Shown here: one piece after another, positions 13,022 through 14,245 of the stretch | How the letters are laid out: each line of letters starts with the position of its first letter | How positions within the stretch are numbered: the first letter of the stretch is position 1 | Assembly (NCBI GenBank): GCA_963642815.1 | Contig: CAVIIB010000011.1 | Coordinates: forward strand, 21,934-36,178 | Direction: 5' to 3' | From: Oscillospiraceae bacterium | GTDB taxonomy: Bacteria > Bacillota > Clostridia > Oscillospirales > Oscillospiraceae | DNA: 14,245 bases | Notes under the pieces: generated by a model | What the model was told of the DNA's origin: nothing | Seen by the model: only the letters and a program-made list of their open reading frames with translations | Databases searched by the model: none | Made by a program: the position numbers and the translations under genes

Positions 13022-14245
13022 ATGAAAACGAAAGACAAGCCGCAGGCGAAGCAATACGTCATTTATTCCCGCAAATCCAAATTTACCGGCAAGGGCGAGA
13101 GTATTGAAAACCAGATCGAGCTTTGCCGCCAGTATATTGCCATGCACTTTGGCGAGGACGCGGCGGAAAACGCGCTGGTGTATGAGGACGAGGGCTTTTC
13201 CGGCGGCAATCTGGAGCGCCCGCAGTTCAAGAAAATGATGAAGGACTCGCAGAAGATCGAATTTGCGGCCATCGTGGTCTACCGTCTCGACCGTATCAGC
13301 CGCAACATCGGTGACTTTGTAAAGCTCATTGAAGACTTGGGCGACCGGCATATTGACTTCATTTCCGTCCGGGAGCAATTCGATACGTCCTCTCCCATGG
13401 GGCGGGCGATGATGTATATTGCATCGGTGTTCTCCCAGCTGGAGCGGGAGACCATTGCCGAGCGCATCCGGGACAACATGCACGAGCTGTCCAAGACCGG
13501 GCGCTGGCTTGGTGGCACGACGCCCACGGGCTACGCCTCGGAAAGCCTGTCCAGCGTGACAGTGGACGGCAAGGTGAAGAAGGCTTGCAAGCTCAAGCCC
13601 ATTCCGGAGGAAATTCAGCTTGTCAAGATGATTTTCTCTGTATTTATGGAGACCGGCTCTCTCAGCAAGACCGATCAGTACCTGTTGGAGCACCGCTGCG
13701 TCACGAAGCGCGGCAAGCAGTTCACGCGATTTGCCATCCGGGGCATTCTGACCAATCCGGTCTACATGATTGCCGACGAGACGGCGTATCAGTATTTGAA
13801 AGAAAACAATGTTGACCTGTCTGCCGAACGCTCGGAGTTTGACGGCGAACACGGCATTATGGCATATAATCGTACCCTCCAGCGCCCCGGAAAGGCGAAC
13901 CAGATCCGTCCGATGGAGGAATGGATCGTGGCGGTGGGCAAGCATCCCGGCATCATCGCTGGCAGCGACTGGGTGCAGGTGCAGGCCATGCTGGATGTAA
14001 ACAAATCCAAGAGCTACCGCAGACCGCGCAGCAATGTGGCGCTGCTGTCCGGCCTGCTGCGGTGCGGCGAATGCGGCGATTATATGCGCCCGAAGCTGAC
14101 CAACCGCCGCACGGCGGACGGCGAACTGATCTACACCTACATGTGCTCCACCAAGGAGCGCAGCCACAGCACGGTCTGCGGCATGAAAAACTGCAACGGC
14201 AACACGCTGGACGCCAAGATCATCGAGGAGATCCGCAAGCTGTCC
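13022..14245 (+). CDS. Large serine recombinase (SpoIVCA/TndX-like), N-terminal 408 codons; 3' end outside window
   Basis: I translated this frame by hand: ATG 13022 (GAGGTG 5 nt upstream) stays open through 14245 with no stop, so it is absent from the track. Resolvase-domain motifs are present: YVIYSRKSKF (catalytic Ser), VVYRLDRISRN, and SVREQFDTSSPMGRAMMYIASVFSQLERETIAERIRD. These are followed by a recombinase domain (GRWLGGTTPTGY) and a zinc ribbon (LLRCGECGDYM...YMCSTKERSHSTVCG). Confidence 0.9.
   Translation, partial: MKTKDKPQAKQYVIYSRKSKFTGKGESIENQIELCRQYIAMHFGEDAAENALVYEDEGFSGGNLERPQFKKMMKDSQKIEFAAIVVYRLDRISRNIGDFVKLIEDLGDRHIDFISVREQFDTSSPMGRAMMYIASVFSQLERETIAERIRDNMHELSKTGRWLGGTTPTGYASESLSSVTVDGKVKKACKLKPIPEEIQLVKMIFSVFMETGSLSKTDQYLLEHRCVTKRGKQFTRFAIRGILTNPVYMIADETAYQYLKENNVDLSAERSEFDGEHGIMAYNRTLQRPGKANQIRPMEEWIVAVGKHPGIIAGSDWVQVQAMLDVNKSKSYRRPRSNVALLSGLLRCGECGDYMRPKLTNRRTADGELIYTYMCSTKERSHSTVCGMKNCNGNTLDAKIIEEIRKLS

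Larger units (their letters stand above)
1344..14245. mobile_element. Putative sigK-intervening (skin-like) element; left end at about 1344, right end beyond the window
   Basis: The sigK 5' half ends at 1343 and no sigK 3' half is present in the window. A large serine recombinase gene lies at 13022 to the end. The interior holds a gene remnant and autonomous accessory units. The extent and the single-element assumption are inference. Confidence 0.55.

Noticed and set aside
12989-14167. 392-aa minus-strand ORF, the longest ORF listed in this region
   Set aside because: It is antisense to a + strand frame that is open for 408 codons and full of serine-recombinase motifs. The minus product is Ala/Arg/Leu/Gly-rich, has no RBS and no motif. 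This is the typical shadow ORF of GC-rich coding DNA.

Overview
This accessory-rich window appears to come from an endospore-forming Firmicute (Clostridia-type gene families; the taxon is inference). The left flank (1-1343) holds the 3' part of a TnpB/OrfB-like ORF entering from outside the window, a hairpin-rich spacer, a 3-repeat orphan CRISPR array (666-833), and the 5' half of the mother-cell sigma factor gene sigK (start 1011). Similarity to SigK stops abruptly after ...[10 protein letters not shown] (nt 1343), inside an inverted repeat GTATAG-AAAATG-CTATAC. No sigK 3' half occurs anywhere in the window. Everything from 1344 to the window end (at least 12.9 kb) therefore looks like a skin-type intervening element. 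In order it carries: a small HTH gene and a convergent 68-aa gene sharing a terminator; a ~550-bp palindrome-dense non-coding stretch; a class II Fic enzyme as a stand-alone transcription unit; and a gene remnant. Then comes a co-directional cluster (LysR regulator, AprA/FrdA-like flavoprotein, 2x[4Fe-4S] ferredoxin, five-gene Opp/Dpp-type ABC importer) and a compound terminator. Last is a large serine recombinase ORF on the + strand (13022 to window end). That ORF is absent from the supplied track because it has no stop in the window; the 392-aa minus-strand ORF listed there is its antisense shadow. Main hypothesis: a developmentally excised sigK-interrupting element whose visible cargo is metabolic and regulatory rather than prophage-like. 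The right junction and the sigK 3' half lie outside the window, so this is unproven. All family assignments come from motif recognition by eye; no searches were run.
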